From Deltaproteobacteria bacterium (lineage in GTDB: Bacteria > Myxococcota > Kuafuiibacteriia > Kuafuiibacteriales > Kuafuiibacteriaceae), in the NCBI GenBank assembly GCA_040218735.1, contig JAVJQW010000070.1, positions 96,001 to 160,000 of the forward strand: a stretch of DNA of 64,000 nucleotides, in the 5' to 3' direction. Position 1 is the stretch's first letter. The number at the start of each line of letters is the position of its first letter. This document shows, in pieces, positions 8,878 through 19,293 of the stretch. A program made the position numbers and the translations under genes. The notes under the pieces were generated by a model, which made no database searches, was not told the DNA's origin, and saw only the letters and a list, made by a program, of their open reading frames with translations.

Positions 8878-10566
8878 TCATCCGAGTCGACGCAGCACCA
8901 CGCCCACGAACCGCGGATCGATCGTCGCCCCCACCAGCGGCCACAGCGCGTCCGCGAGGCGCACGAGCCCGCCCTCGACCGCGTCCCGCATGACGGCGCG
9001 CACGTCGTCCTCCAGCGGCGCCAGCGCCTCCTGCGCCCGGGCGACGTCGGCCTCGGCGAAGCGCGGGCCGCCTTCGACGCCCAGTTTGTCCGCGAGGTCC
9101 GCGAGGGCCTCCGCGTCCAGGGGCGTCAGGGCGAAGCCGTCGCCGCGGACGGCGCGCGCCGCGGCGGTGGCGATCAGCACGTCGATCGTGCGCTCCGCGG
9201 GGGGCGGCTCGATGGCACCTTCGAGCGCGACGTCGAACAGCTCGAGCGCCGACGCACCGGCGAGGAGCCCCTCCAGCCGGGCGACGCGCCCTTCGACCCA
9301 GGCGACATCGTCCGGGCCGTCGAACCCCCGCTCGATGCCGAGGTGCGACAGCCGCGGGCGCTTGCGGCCGAGCGCTTCGAAGAGCGCGCGGTCGTCGTCT
9401 TCGAGGCGTTCGACGCCGAACTTCGTGCTCAGCGCGCGGGCGCGCTCTTTGAGCCGCAGCGTGATGGTGTACCCCACGCGCGCGAGGTCGGCGATCGGGA
9501 CCCGCTCGAGGCGATCCGCCCCGACCTCGATCCGCCGCGCGGGCTCGACCTGGTGCGCCAGCGCGATCTCCAAGTAGCCGCGCAACCGCAAGAGCGACGC
9601 GGTCAGGGCTTCGAGCTCTCCGGGCTCCGCGCCGTCGGCGACGAGCGTCCGGTTCGCGACGGCCACGAGGTCGCCCTCGATGCGCTGGATCTGTTTGGCG
9701 TCGCGTACCGCGGACAGCGCGGCGGAGAACAGTCCGTCGTCGAGCGCCGCCGTGTACCGCGCGGGGAGTGTGGTGGTCGGGAGCGGCTCGGGTGCGGGGG
9801 CCGGCCGTTCGAGGACGTCGGGATCGAGCGGGCCGTAGATCTCGATCGCGCGGTGCAGCGGTGGGAACCCGAAGTCCTCCAGCCGCGCGTTGCGGAATCG
9901 GAGCGCGTCCTCCTCCATCGACGACGACAGATCCGTCAGCGCGAGGCGCAGCGTCGCCGCGACCTCCTCCCAGTCCTCCTGTTTGTAGAGGTCGTCGACG
10001 ATCTGCAGGACGCCCTTTCGGTCCTCCTCGTCCACGGTGACCTCGTCGACCTCGTCGTCGATCCGCGCGGCCACGACGAAGCGACCGTCGGGGGTCTTCA
10101 CCAGCGGGAGGATCTCGTCGGGTGGATCCCGTAGCCAGTCAGGGATCGGATCGGGATCGGTGTCGTTCTCGCGCGGCGTCATCGCGATCCACAGGCGACG
10201 GCGCAAGAGCAGCGCGAGCACCTCGCGGTCCATCGCGCGCCCGGCGTTGGCGAGCGCTTCGAGGCCGCCCTCCCGGAACGCGTACAGCCACAGCAGCAGA
10301 TCCTGCGGATCGAAGCGCTGGTGGTGCCACGCCTCGACGTCGACGAGCGCGCCGATCTGCTCGGGCGCCAGCAGCGCGAGGATCGGCGCGGCGTCCTCGA
10401 GCCCGACCTCCTTCACGGCGTAGTACGTCTCGAGCGGATCGAGCGCGCGGATCTTGTTGGGTGCGTCCTTGTCGTCGAGGAGATCGAAGACCCGACGGCG
10501 CGAGACCGCCCGGCGCACCGACATCGACCAGGGCACGAGGGCTACCACGTTGCTGTCCGAGCTCAT
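8878..10566 (-). CDS. Conserved deltaproteobacterial hypothetical protein (DUF6178-like)
   Basis: YYAVKEVGLEDA..PEQ..VDVEAW and EEDALRFRNARLEDFGFP recalled as family motifs; start chosen at ATG 10566. Confidence 0.7.
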   Translation of the reverse strand: MSSDSNVVALVPWSMSVRRAVSRRRVFDLLDDKDAPNKIRALDPLETYYAVKEVGLEDAAPILALLAPEQIGALVDVEAWHHQRFDPQDLLLWLYAFREGGLEALANAGRAMDREVLALLLRRRLWIAMTPRENDTDPDPIPDWLRDPPDEILPLVKTPDGRFVVAARIDDEVDEVTVDEEDRKGVLQIVDDLYKQEDWEEVAATLRLALTDLSSSMEEDALRFRNARLEDFGFPPLHRAIEIYGPLDPDVLERPAPAPEPLPTTTLPARYTAALDDGLFSAALSAVRDAKQIQRIEGDLVAVANRTLVADGAEPGELEALTASLLRLRGYLEIALAHQVEPARRIEVGADRLERVPIADLARVGYTITLRLKERARALSTKFGVERLEDDDRALFEALGRKRPRLSHLGIERGFDGPDDVAWVEGRVARLEGLLAGASALELFDVALEGAIEPPPAERTIDVLIATAAARAVRGDGFALTPLDAEALADLADKLGVEGGPRFAEADVARAQEALAPLEDDVRAVMRDAVEGGLVRLADALWPLVGATIDPRFVGVVLRRLG

Positions 10567-10676
10567 GGCGAAAGCCGATCCGAAGCATGAAGCGTAGGTA
10601 TTGGAAACCAAAACCTTCTTTCGCTTGACTCGGACCTCGGACGACGCCAATCGGGACCACGAAAGACCCCCAGACG

Positions 10677-11309
10677 ATGAAACCCTCCTCCATCTTCATG
10701 AAGGTGATCATGGCGATCACGGGCCTGCTCTGGCTCGGTTTCGTCATCTCGCACCTCTCCGCCAACCTCGTGATGTACGCCGGTCCGACGACGTTCAATG
10801 CGTACCCGGAGATGCTCCGTAAGTTCGGGGTCCTCCTCTGGGTCGCGGAGGCCGGGCTGGTCGTCCTGCTCGCGTCCCACGTCTTCTCGGCGATTCGCCT
10901 GACGAGCCTCAACAAGGGCGCCCGTCCGCGCGAGTACGAGGCCAAGGCCACGCAGGGGAAGGCGACGTTCGCTTCGCGCTCGATGATCGTCGGGGGCCTC
11001 ATCCTCCTGATCTTCCTCGTGACGCACATCTGGATGTTCAAGTTCGGGGACTGGTCCGGCGAGCACGGCCTGTGGGGCCTCGTGATGCGGACGTTCGAGA
11101 ACCCGCTGATGGTCGCGTGGTACGTCCTCGCGATGCTCGCGCTGGGGCTGCACCTGTCGCACGGGTTCGGCAGCGCGTTTCAGACGCTCGGCATCTTCAA
11201 GCCCGCGTGGCGGAAGCTGTTGTGGCGGGTCGGGGCCGGCGTCGGCTGGCTGATCGCGGTGGGCTTCGCGACGATTCCGATCTGGGCCTTCATGAGCAAA
11301 GGGAGCTGA
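10677..11309 (+). CDS. sdhC: Succinate dehydrogenase/fumarate reductase cytochrome b subunit (b558 type)
   Basis: Five TM helices, heme-ligand His residues, [23 protein letters not shown]; first gene of the operon. Confidence 0.93.
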   Translation: MKPSSIFMKVIMAITGLLWLGFVISHLSANLVMYAGPTTFNAYPEMLRKFGVLLWVAEAGLVVLLASHVFSAIRLTSLNKGARPREYEAKATQGKATFASRSMIVGGLILLIFLVTHIWMFKFGDWSGEHGLWGLVMRTFENPLMVAWYVLAMLALGLHLSHGFGSAFQTLGIFKPAWRKLLWRVGAGVGWLIAVGFATIPIWAFMSKGS

Positions 11310-11317
11310 CGAAAGCG

Positions 11318-13233
<1,916 letters not shown>

Positions 13234-13234
<1 letters not shown>

Positions 13235-13980
13235 TGGACTACACGCTCAAGATCTGGCGACAGGACGGCCCGAACGATCCGGGCCACTTCGACACCTACG
13301 AGGCGAAGGGCATCGGCCCGGACTGCTCGTTCCTGGAGATGCTCGACATCGTCGTCAACCAGGTCGAGGCCTCCGGCAAGGAGCCCTTCGCGTTCGACTC
13401 GGACTGCCGCGAAGGCATCTGCGGGACGTGCGGCATCGTGATCAACGGGCGCCCGCACGGGCCCGGCTCGGGCGTGGCGACCTGCCAGCTGTACATGCGG
13501 CAGTTCCCCGACGGTTCGACGCTGGTCCTCGAGCCGTGGCGCGCGCAGGCGTTCCCGGTGCTGAAGGATCTGATCGTCGACCGCTCGTCGTTCGACCGCA
13601 TCATCGAGGCCGGCGGCTACATCTCGATCAACACGGGCAACGCGCCCGACGCCCACGCGATGCCGGTGGCGAAGGAAGACGCCGATCTCGCGATGGACGC
13701 GGCGGCGTGCATCGGCTGCGGCGCGTGTGTGGCTTCGTGCAAGAACGCTTCGGCGATGCTGTTCGTCTCCGCGAAGGTCGCGCACCTCGGCCTGCTCCCG
13801 CAGGGGCAGCCGGAGCGCACCATCCGCGTGAAGCGCATGGTCGAGACGATGGACAAGGAGGGCTTCGGCGGCTGCACGAACGAAGGTGAGTGCGAGGCGG
13901 CGTGCCCGAAGAACATCTCCGTCGACAACATCGCGCGCCTGAACCAGGACTACTGGAAGGCCAAGCTCTTCGGCCGCTAG
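13234..13980 (+). CDS. sdhB: Succinate dehydrogenase/fumarate reductase iron-sulfur subunit
   Basis: [32 protein letters not shown]; TAATG overlap with sdhA. Confidence 0.97.
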
Positions 13981-13993
13981 CAGCCCTCGGCAC

Positions 13994-14015
13994 GCGGGCG
14001 CTTGCAAGCGCCCGC
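13994..14015. terminator. Perfect 22-bp palindrome after sdhB (terminator or operator)
   Basis: GCGGGCGCTTG|CAAGCGCCCGC. Confidence 0.5.
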
Positions 14016-14045
14016 AAGTGACCCCGTCTGCGCCTCGAGGCTACG

Positions 14046-14573
14046 GTGGCCTCGATGAAGACGACGCCCCTTCCCGACCGGCCGCGTTTCTCCCGTCAGA
14101 GCCACCTCGACGACGCCAACAAGCTCCGCCCGGGGCTGCGCGCCGCGCTGGCCAGCCATCACGGCGTCCTCGCGACGATGGCGCCGGCTCCGGGGCTCGC
14201 TCCCGTGTTCGAGAGCGGGCGCAACGCCCTCTTCGACCTGAGGCGGGCCTTCTCGCAGCTCGGCGACGACGCGCCGCCCGACGCGAACGCCCACCTGCAG
14301 AAGCTCGAGCAGGAGCTCATCGGCCTCGACATGGGCACGCAGAACGGCCGGATGAACCTCCTCGACTTCCAGGTTCAGCGGATCACACGTCGCCTCGGAG
14401 CGCCGCACGTCGGCGCGAAGAAGGACCCCGTCGCCGGTGCGATGGACGCGATCTCGAAGGTGCAGGAGCAAGTGGGCCTCGTCGAGGACCCCGCCGTCCG
14501 CCACACCCTCGACAAGAAGCTCGACTTCATCCGGACCTCGGTGCGGGCACGATTCGGCCTGGTCGGAGGCTGA
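14046..14573 (+). CDS. Hypothetical alpha-helical protein
   Basis: Genome-typical GC3 codon usage; fills the gap between sdhB and repeat copy 2; no recognised motif. Confidence 0.65.
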   Translation: MASMKTTPLPDRPRFSRQSHLDDANKLRPGLRAALASHHGVLATMAPAPGLAPVFESGRNALFDLRRAFSQLGDDAPPDANAHLQKLEQELIGLDMGTQNGRMNLLDFQVQRITRRLGAPHVGAKKDPVAGAMDAISKVQEQVGLVEDPAVRHTLDKKLDFIRTSVRARFGLVGG

Positions 14574-14577
14574 CGAG

Positions 14578-14659
14578 CTAGGCTGAGGCCCGGCGCTAAG
14601 CGGCGGGTCCGAAGACTGTGCCAAGGTCCCTCGCGAAGCGAGGAACCGTTATGGCCTAG
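14578..14659 (-). repeat. CTAG-bounded structured dispersed repeat, copy 2
   Basis: Reverse complement CTAG GCCATAACGGTTCCTCGCTTCGCGAGGGACCTTGGCACAGTCTTCGGAC...CAGC CTAG; CTAG at 14656 supplies the stop of 14656..16119. Confidence 0.9.
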
Positions 14660-16119
14660 TCGGCCGTCCCGACGATCGTCGCCGCCACGGCCGTGAACGA
14701 GAACCCGGCCGAGTAGCCGTCCGCCAGCTCCGAGGCCATGACGCAGCTTCCGGGATCGCCGGCGACGACCGGCGGGATCGTGTCCCCGAGGCACCCGACC
14801 GCGTCGCACGCGGGGCCGTCCAACACACCATCGCAGCACGTGTCGATGCGGCCGTCCCCGCTGCGGTCGAGGAGGCACTCGAGCCCGTCGAAGTCGAGAT
14901 CACCGTCGGGCTGGCGGCCGAGCGCGACGAAGCGATCGAGCGTCGGCGTTTGATCCGACGGGAAGGTGGCGAGGTCCCGCACCGGGACGTAGCCGCCGAG
15001 GAGCCCGGCGTCGAGCGTCGCGAGGTCGTCCGGGAACCGCGCCGACAGGAACACACGCTCCATGCGGAGCGTCGCGTCGATGTCGGTGCGCTGGACGTGG
15101 AGGACGACGGGGGCTTGGGACCGGAACTGGCCGCGCTGGATCAAACCCGGAAGCCGGGCGCGCGCCTGTGGCGGAATCCCGGAGATGCTCGTGGGCGCGA
15201 TGTTGAACGCGCAGCAGCTCGCCTCGCCGGGGGGCACCATGAAGTCGTTGGACGGATCATCGTCGGCGTCGAGCGCCTGATAGAGCTTCACGACGGGGTA
15301 CGCGTCCCCCCGGTAGAACTGGGGGAGCCCCGCGGCCTCGACGAGGAGCAGCGAGGCCTCCGACACCGGGAGGAACGGCTCGGGCGCGTCGGCGAACAGG
15401 CCGAGCACGTTGTCCACGCAACTGGCCTGGCCGCACTGCCCGTCGAGGTCGAAGCCCGTGCCTTCACGTGCGAGCTCGAGCCGGTCCACGATGAAGGCAA
15501 GGCCCGAACCGACGGGCGCTTGCCAGGCCCCGAGGATTCGATCGTCGACGCAGCACTGTGCAGGGTCCGCTAGGCAGATCCCGCCGGTGCTCTCGTAGCC
15601 CGTCGCCGTGCAGACCCCCTGCTCGTCGCAGAGCGTGCAGGGCGCGCCGCACGTGAAGTCGGCGCACGTGAGGCGCTGCCTGCGGTTCACGGCGAACGTG
15701 CTCGGGAGGACGTCGAAGGTGGCCGTCACCGAGGTCCCGCTAGCGCGGGAGTCGGCGAGCACCGAGAGCGTCGCGGCGTCGACGTCGTCGAAGCGTACGA
15801 ACCTCAGGTCGGTCGTGTCGTTACCGACGGGGCGATACGAGAGACGCCCCGGCTCGACCGGCTGTTGCGCGGGCTCCACCGTCACCTCGTACACGAGGGA
15901 GGCGAGCCTCTGAGCCGTCATCAGGTCGCGGCGCGTTGTGATGTAGAGCGTCGAACCGCTTCGGAGCGCGCCCGCGGAGAACTCGACGACGAAACGACCG
16001 TCGGCGCTCGTCGCGGCGACGGTGCGGTCGCCGATCTCGGTCGCGGTCTGCTCGAGGAGCTCCGTCTGTTTTCTCTCGCAGGCCACCAGGACCAGCGCGA
16101 TCGTCAGCCATCGTTTCAT
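14656..16119 (-). CDS. Secreted lipoprotein with ZU5-like N-terminal region and Cys/Asp-rich C-terminus
   Basis: Lipobox LVAC; SADGRFVVEFSAGAL..VYEVTVEP; GFDLDG and DRSGDGRID loops; ATGA-coupled to the FecR gene. Confidence 0.75.
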   Translation of the reverse strand: MKRWLTIALVLVACERKQTELLEQTATEIGDRTVAATSADGRFVVEFSAGALRSGSTLYITTRRDLMTAQRLASLVYEVTVEPAQQPVEPGRLSYRPVGNDTTDLRFVRFDDVDAATLSVLADSRASGTSVTATFDVLPSTFAVNRRQRLTCADFTCGAPCTLCDEQGVCTATGYESTGGICLADPAQCCVDDRILGAWQAPVGSGLAFIVDRLELAREGTGFDLDGQCGQASCVDNVLGLFADAPEPFLPVSEASLLLVEAAGLPQFYRGDAYPVVKLYQALDADDDPSNDFMVPPGEASCCAFNIAPTSISGIPPQARARLPGLIQRGQFRSQAPVVLHVQRTDIDATLRMERVFLSARFPDDLATLDAGLLGGYVPVRDLATFPSDQTPTLDRFVALGRQPDGDLDFDGLECLLDRSGDGRIDTCCDGVLDGPACDAVGCLGDTIPPVVAGDPGSCVMASELADGYSAGFSFTAVAATIVGTAD

Positions 16120-17678
16120 CGTTCCAACCTCCCCTGGAGCGCCTCCGCCCGCCGCGCGAGCCCGTCCGGCCAGGAAGACCGGTCGACCGCCAGGAGGCGC
16201 CGCGCGAGCTCGGCGTCGCCCTCGACGACGACCTCCGCGACGTCGAGTCGCGTGCGAATCAGCTCGAGCGACAGGCCGTCGTTGGGCGCCGCGAGGAGGA
16301 TCGCCGCCGCCCGACCCGGGGCGCCGTCTGCGAGCGCGAGGCGCGCGCCGAGCGCAGCGCGCTCGAGCGCGAGCGGCCCGTGCGGATACCGTGCGTTCGC
16401 CGTTTCGAGCGCAGCGCGCGCGGTGTCGAGGCGCCCGACGTTCCGCGACACCAGCGCGAGCTGCAGCAGCGCCTCTTCACCGTAGGCCGACGCCGCGGGG
16501 TGATCCGCGAGCGCGCGATAGAGCTCGGCCGCCTCGGCGTCGTCCCCGGCGCGGCGTCGCGCGTCCGCCAAGACCGCGAGCGCCTCGGCTTCCAGCGCCG
16601 GCGCGGGCGCCTCGTCGAGCACGGAGGACGCGAGCTCCGCGGCCCGCGAGGCGTCCGACGCCACCACCTTCCGCGCGATCCGCAGCCGCTCCTTGGGCGA
16701 GACGACCTGCGCCCGCAGCGCCGAGTCACTCGGCGCGGTCGCGCCCGGGCCGCGTTCTGCCGAGGGGGCCGAGGCCTCCTGATCCGCCACCTGAAGCGCA
16801 GCGGGCGCGTGTGACCCGGCCGCCCGATTCACGTCGGTCGAACCCTCGGCGCGGGCCGCACCGCCCGGGCTCTCACCCTCGCCTCGTTCGGCCGCGGAGG
16901 CGGCGTCACCGCGTTCGACGACACGCGCGCGCGGCGCGGCCCTCCGCTCGCGGGACTTCGATACGGCGGGGCCTCCGCTCGAAGCCGGGGCTTTCGTGGA
17001 CTCGGCCTCCTTCGTGTCACGCGCCGCCGGAACCTCCGCGTCGACCGCTCGCGCGATCGCCTCGCCGCGGTTCGCCTGCGCAACGCGCTCGTCGGCCCGC
17101 GCGATCGACGCGGCGCTCGCGATTCGGATCTGCTCCCCCGCGAGCAGCCGCCGGGCGGTCCCGGAACGCGGCGCCACCTCGACGGTCCCCTCCTCCACCT
17201 CGACGACCGTGCCGTCGTCGTCGGCGCGGACGGCGAACCGGGTCCCCACCACCGTCACGATGGCGTGGCGCGTCTGCACGACGAACGACTCGCCGATCGC
17301 GCGCGGCGCGACGTCGAAGTCGAGGTGGCCGTCGACGACCTGCACGACGGTTCGCCCGTCCTTCACCACCGGTGTCCGCACCGTCGACGCGCCCAGCGTG
17401 CGGACCGTCGCGCCGTGTGTCGACACCGCCTCGCCCGCAGCGACCGTCCGCCACTCGACCTCGGGCGTCGGTGTGCGCTGCACGAAGAACACGACGGCGA
17501 GCGCCGCGGCGAAGACCACGGCTTCCGGCCAACCGAAGCGCATCCGCCAGGGCCGCCGGTGACGATCGACGCCGCGCCACACCCGCTCCTTCGCACCGGG
17601 CGCCGGCTTCGGGACGTGATTCGTGAGGATCGCGTTCGCACGATCCAGTCGTTCGTTCTGGGTTCGAGCCTCGCTCAT
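16116..17678 (-). CDS. FecR-domain anti-sigma factor with C-terminal TPR region
   Basis: TM helix; FVVQT..VTVVGTRFAV..VEVEEGTVEV FecR motif; ANARYPHGPLALER TPR; ATGA overlap with the sigma stop. Confidence 0.88.
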   Translation of the reverse strand: MSEARTQNERLDRANAILTNHVPKPAPGAKERVWRGVDRHRRPWRMRFGWPEAVVFAAALAVVFFVQRTPTPEVEWRTVAAGEAVSTHGATVRTLGASTVRTPVVKDGRTVVQVVDGHLDFDVAPRAIGESFVVQTRHAIVTVVGTRFAVRADDDGTVVEVEEGTVEVAPRSGTARRLLAGEQIRIASAASIARADERVAQANRGEAIARAVDAEVPAARDTKEAESTKAPASSGGPAVSKSRERRAAPRARVVERGDAASAAERGEGESPGGAARAEGSTDVNRAAGSHAPAALQVADQEASAPSAERGPGATAPSDSALRAQVVSPKERLRIARKVVASDASRAAELASSVLDEAPAPALEAEALAVLADARRRAGDDAEAAELYRALADHPAASAYGEEALLQLALVSRNVGRLDTARAALETANARYPHGPLALERAALGARLALADGAPGRAAAILLAAPNDGLSLELIRTRLDVAEVVVEGDAELARRLLAVDRSSWPDGLARRAEALQGRLER

Positions 17679-18304
17679 CGCAGGCCCTCCTGTTTCGCGA
17701 GCCATCGGTTCAGCTCGCGGCGCGCGTGGTGAAGGCGCGTCCACACGGTGGAGATCGGGATGCCGAGCTGCTCGGCGATCGCCTCACCGCTGTGCCCCTC
17801 GACCTCGAAGAGCACGTACACCACGCGCTTCTTCGGCTTGATCTTCATGAGCGCTCGCCAGACTCGGGCGAGCGCCTGACGCTCGGCCGCGGACTTCTCC
17901 GGCGACTGCAGCTCCAGCGTCTCGAGCTCCGCCTCCACGGCGCGCTCCAGGCGACGCTGACGCCCCCAGGACCGCAGCTGCGTGAGCACGACCCGGGAGG
18001 CGATCCCGTACAGCCAGGTCGACACCTTCGCGTCGCCCCGGAAACGCGGGAGCGACCGGTGGGCCTGGAGGAAGACGAGCTGGACGACGTCCTCGATGTC
18101 CGCGTCCGAGGCCCCCGGCCCGAGGAGCCGTGCGACGATCCGGAAGACGTCGTCGAAGTGCCGCCGAAACAGCACCTCCGTCGTCAGATCGCTCGCTGTC
18201 GTCCCCCGCTCCTGCACCGCCGGGGGCACGGCTGCCCGCATGCCCACCTCCATCGCGTCCATCAGTCGCCGGACGCGGCGTCCACCTTCAATCGAATGCA
18301 GCAT
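17675..18304 (-). CDS. ECF RNA polymerase sigma factor
   Basis: IEDVVQLVFL..FRGDAKVSTWLYGIA (region 2); EAIAEQLGIPISTVWTRLHHAR (region 4); start may be ATG 18262. Confidence 0.93.
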   Translation of the reverse strand: MLHSIEGGRRVRRLMDAMEVGMRAAVPPAVQERGTTASDLTTEVLFRRHFDDVFRIVARLLGPGASDADIEDVVQLVFLQAHRSLPRFRGDAKVSTWLYGIASRVVLTQLRSWGRQRRLERAVEAELETLELQSPEKSAAERQALARVWRALMKIKPKKRVVYVLFEVEGHSGEAIAEQLGIPISTVWTRLHHARRELNRWLAKQEGLR

Positions 18305-19196
18305 CCCACGCGACCCCGGCCGACAGCCAGGGCGCGACGCGGCCCGTCGTCACGGATTCGGTGCCGCCGATCGGCGCGGGGGCGAGCACCTCCCGGTCGA
18401 TGGGGGCCCAGCGCGCCGTGAGCCGCACGACCCACGAGAGGCGCTCCGAGAGGCGATAGCTGAGCTCGGCGCCCCCCAGGAGGATCAGCTGCGCGTCGTT
18501 GATGCGCGTCGGGGTACCCGGGCTCGCGCTGTCCGGGAACACGGGCGCGGCCGACACGAAGTACCCGGACACCCCCGTCCCGATCGTCAGCGCACCGCCC
18601 CACGCGCCGGCCGTGAACACCTGAGCCCGCCCCTCCAACGCGGCGTGCAGCTCCAGCGCGTCGGCCTCGACGTCCCCCGTGCTCCGGGAGCAGCACAGGC
18701 GCCCCGCGACGGCACCGGTCAGCTGCACGCCGAGCCACCCCTCCCCGTAGCCCACGCTGATCAGGAGCCCGAGCTGCGGGGCGACGGACGGTCGCGACCA
18801 CCACGCGGCAAACGCTTGGGGCACGACGCGGAGCTCACGCGTCGACGCGGGGGGTGGAGGCGGGCGCGGCGCACGCGGCGGGCCGAGCCGTACCGTGCGA
18901 GCGATGAGGAGCACGGCGACGCGGAGCGAGGCCGGCAGCACGTCGACCGCGAGCGTCCGCGCCAACACGAGCTGCTCCGACGCGCGCACGGACAGCAGCA
19001 ACGCGTCCTCCACCCGCTCGACGCGGGCGACGTGGGTCGCAGCGGTCGCCGTGTCGGTGAGCGCGCCGGCGCCGAGCTCGTTGGCGAGCATCGTCGCGAC
19101 GGTGGCGCTCACCGTCGTCGGCTCGACGTACACCTGAGGTGCGGTCGGCGCGGCGGGCGCGGCCAGCACGAGGTGAGCGACGACGAACGCGAGCAC
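18288..19196 (-). CDS. Secreted hypothetical protein with beta-barrel-like C-terminus, first gene of the ECF locus
   Basis: Signal peptide, Pro-rich linker, alternating amphipathic strands; overlaps the sigma ORF. Confidence 0.65.
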   Translation of the reverse strand: MLAFVVAHLVLAAPAAPTAPQVYVEPTTVSATVATMLANELGAGALTDTATAATHVARVERVEDALLLSVRASEQLVLARTLAVDVLPASLRVAVLLIARTVRLGPPRAPRPPPPPASTRELRVVPQAFAAWWSRPSVAPQLGLLISVGYGEGWLGVQLTGAVAGRLCCSRSTGDVEADALELHAALEGRAQVFTAGAWGGALTIGTGVSGYFVSAAPVFPDSASPGTPTRINDAQLILLGGAELSYRLSERLSWVVRLTARWAPIDREVLAPAPIGGTESVTTGRVAPWLSAGVAWDAAFD

Positions 19197-19248
19197 GGCG
19201 CGGCCTTCTTAGCCAAACGCGGACTGGATTCGAAGGGGGGGTAGGAGC

Positions 19249-19276
19249 GGCCGCGCGTCGACAGCGACGCGCGGCC
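19249..19276 (-). terminator. GC-rich hairpin downstream of the Ig-repeat gene
   Basis: GGCCGCGCGTCG-ACAG-CGACGCGCGGCC, 12-bp perfect stem. Confidence 0.55.
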
Positions 19277-19293
19277 CTCGAAACGGGCAGGTT

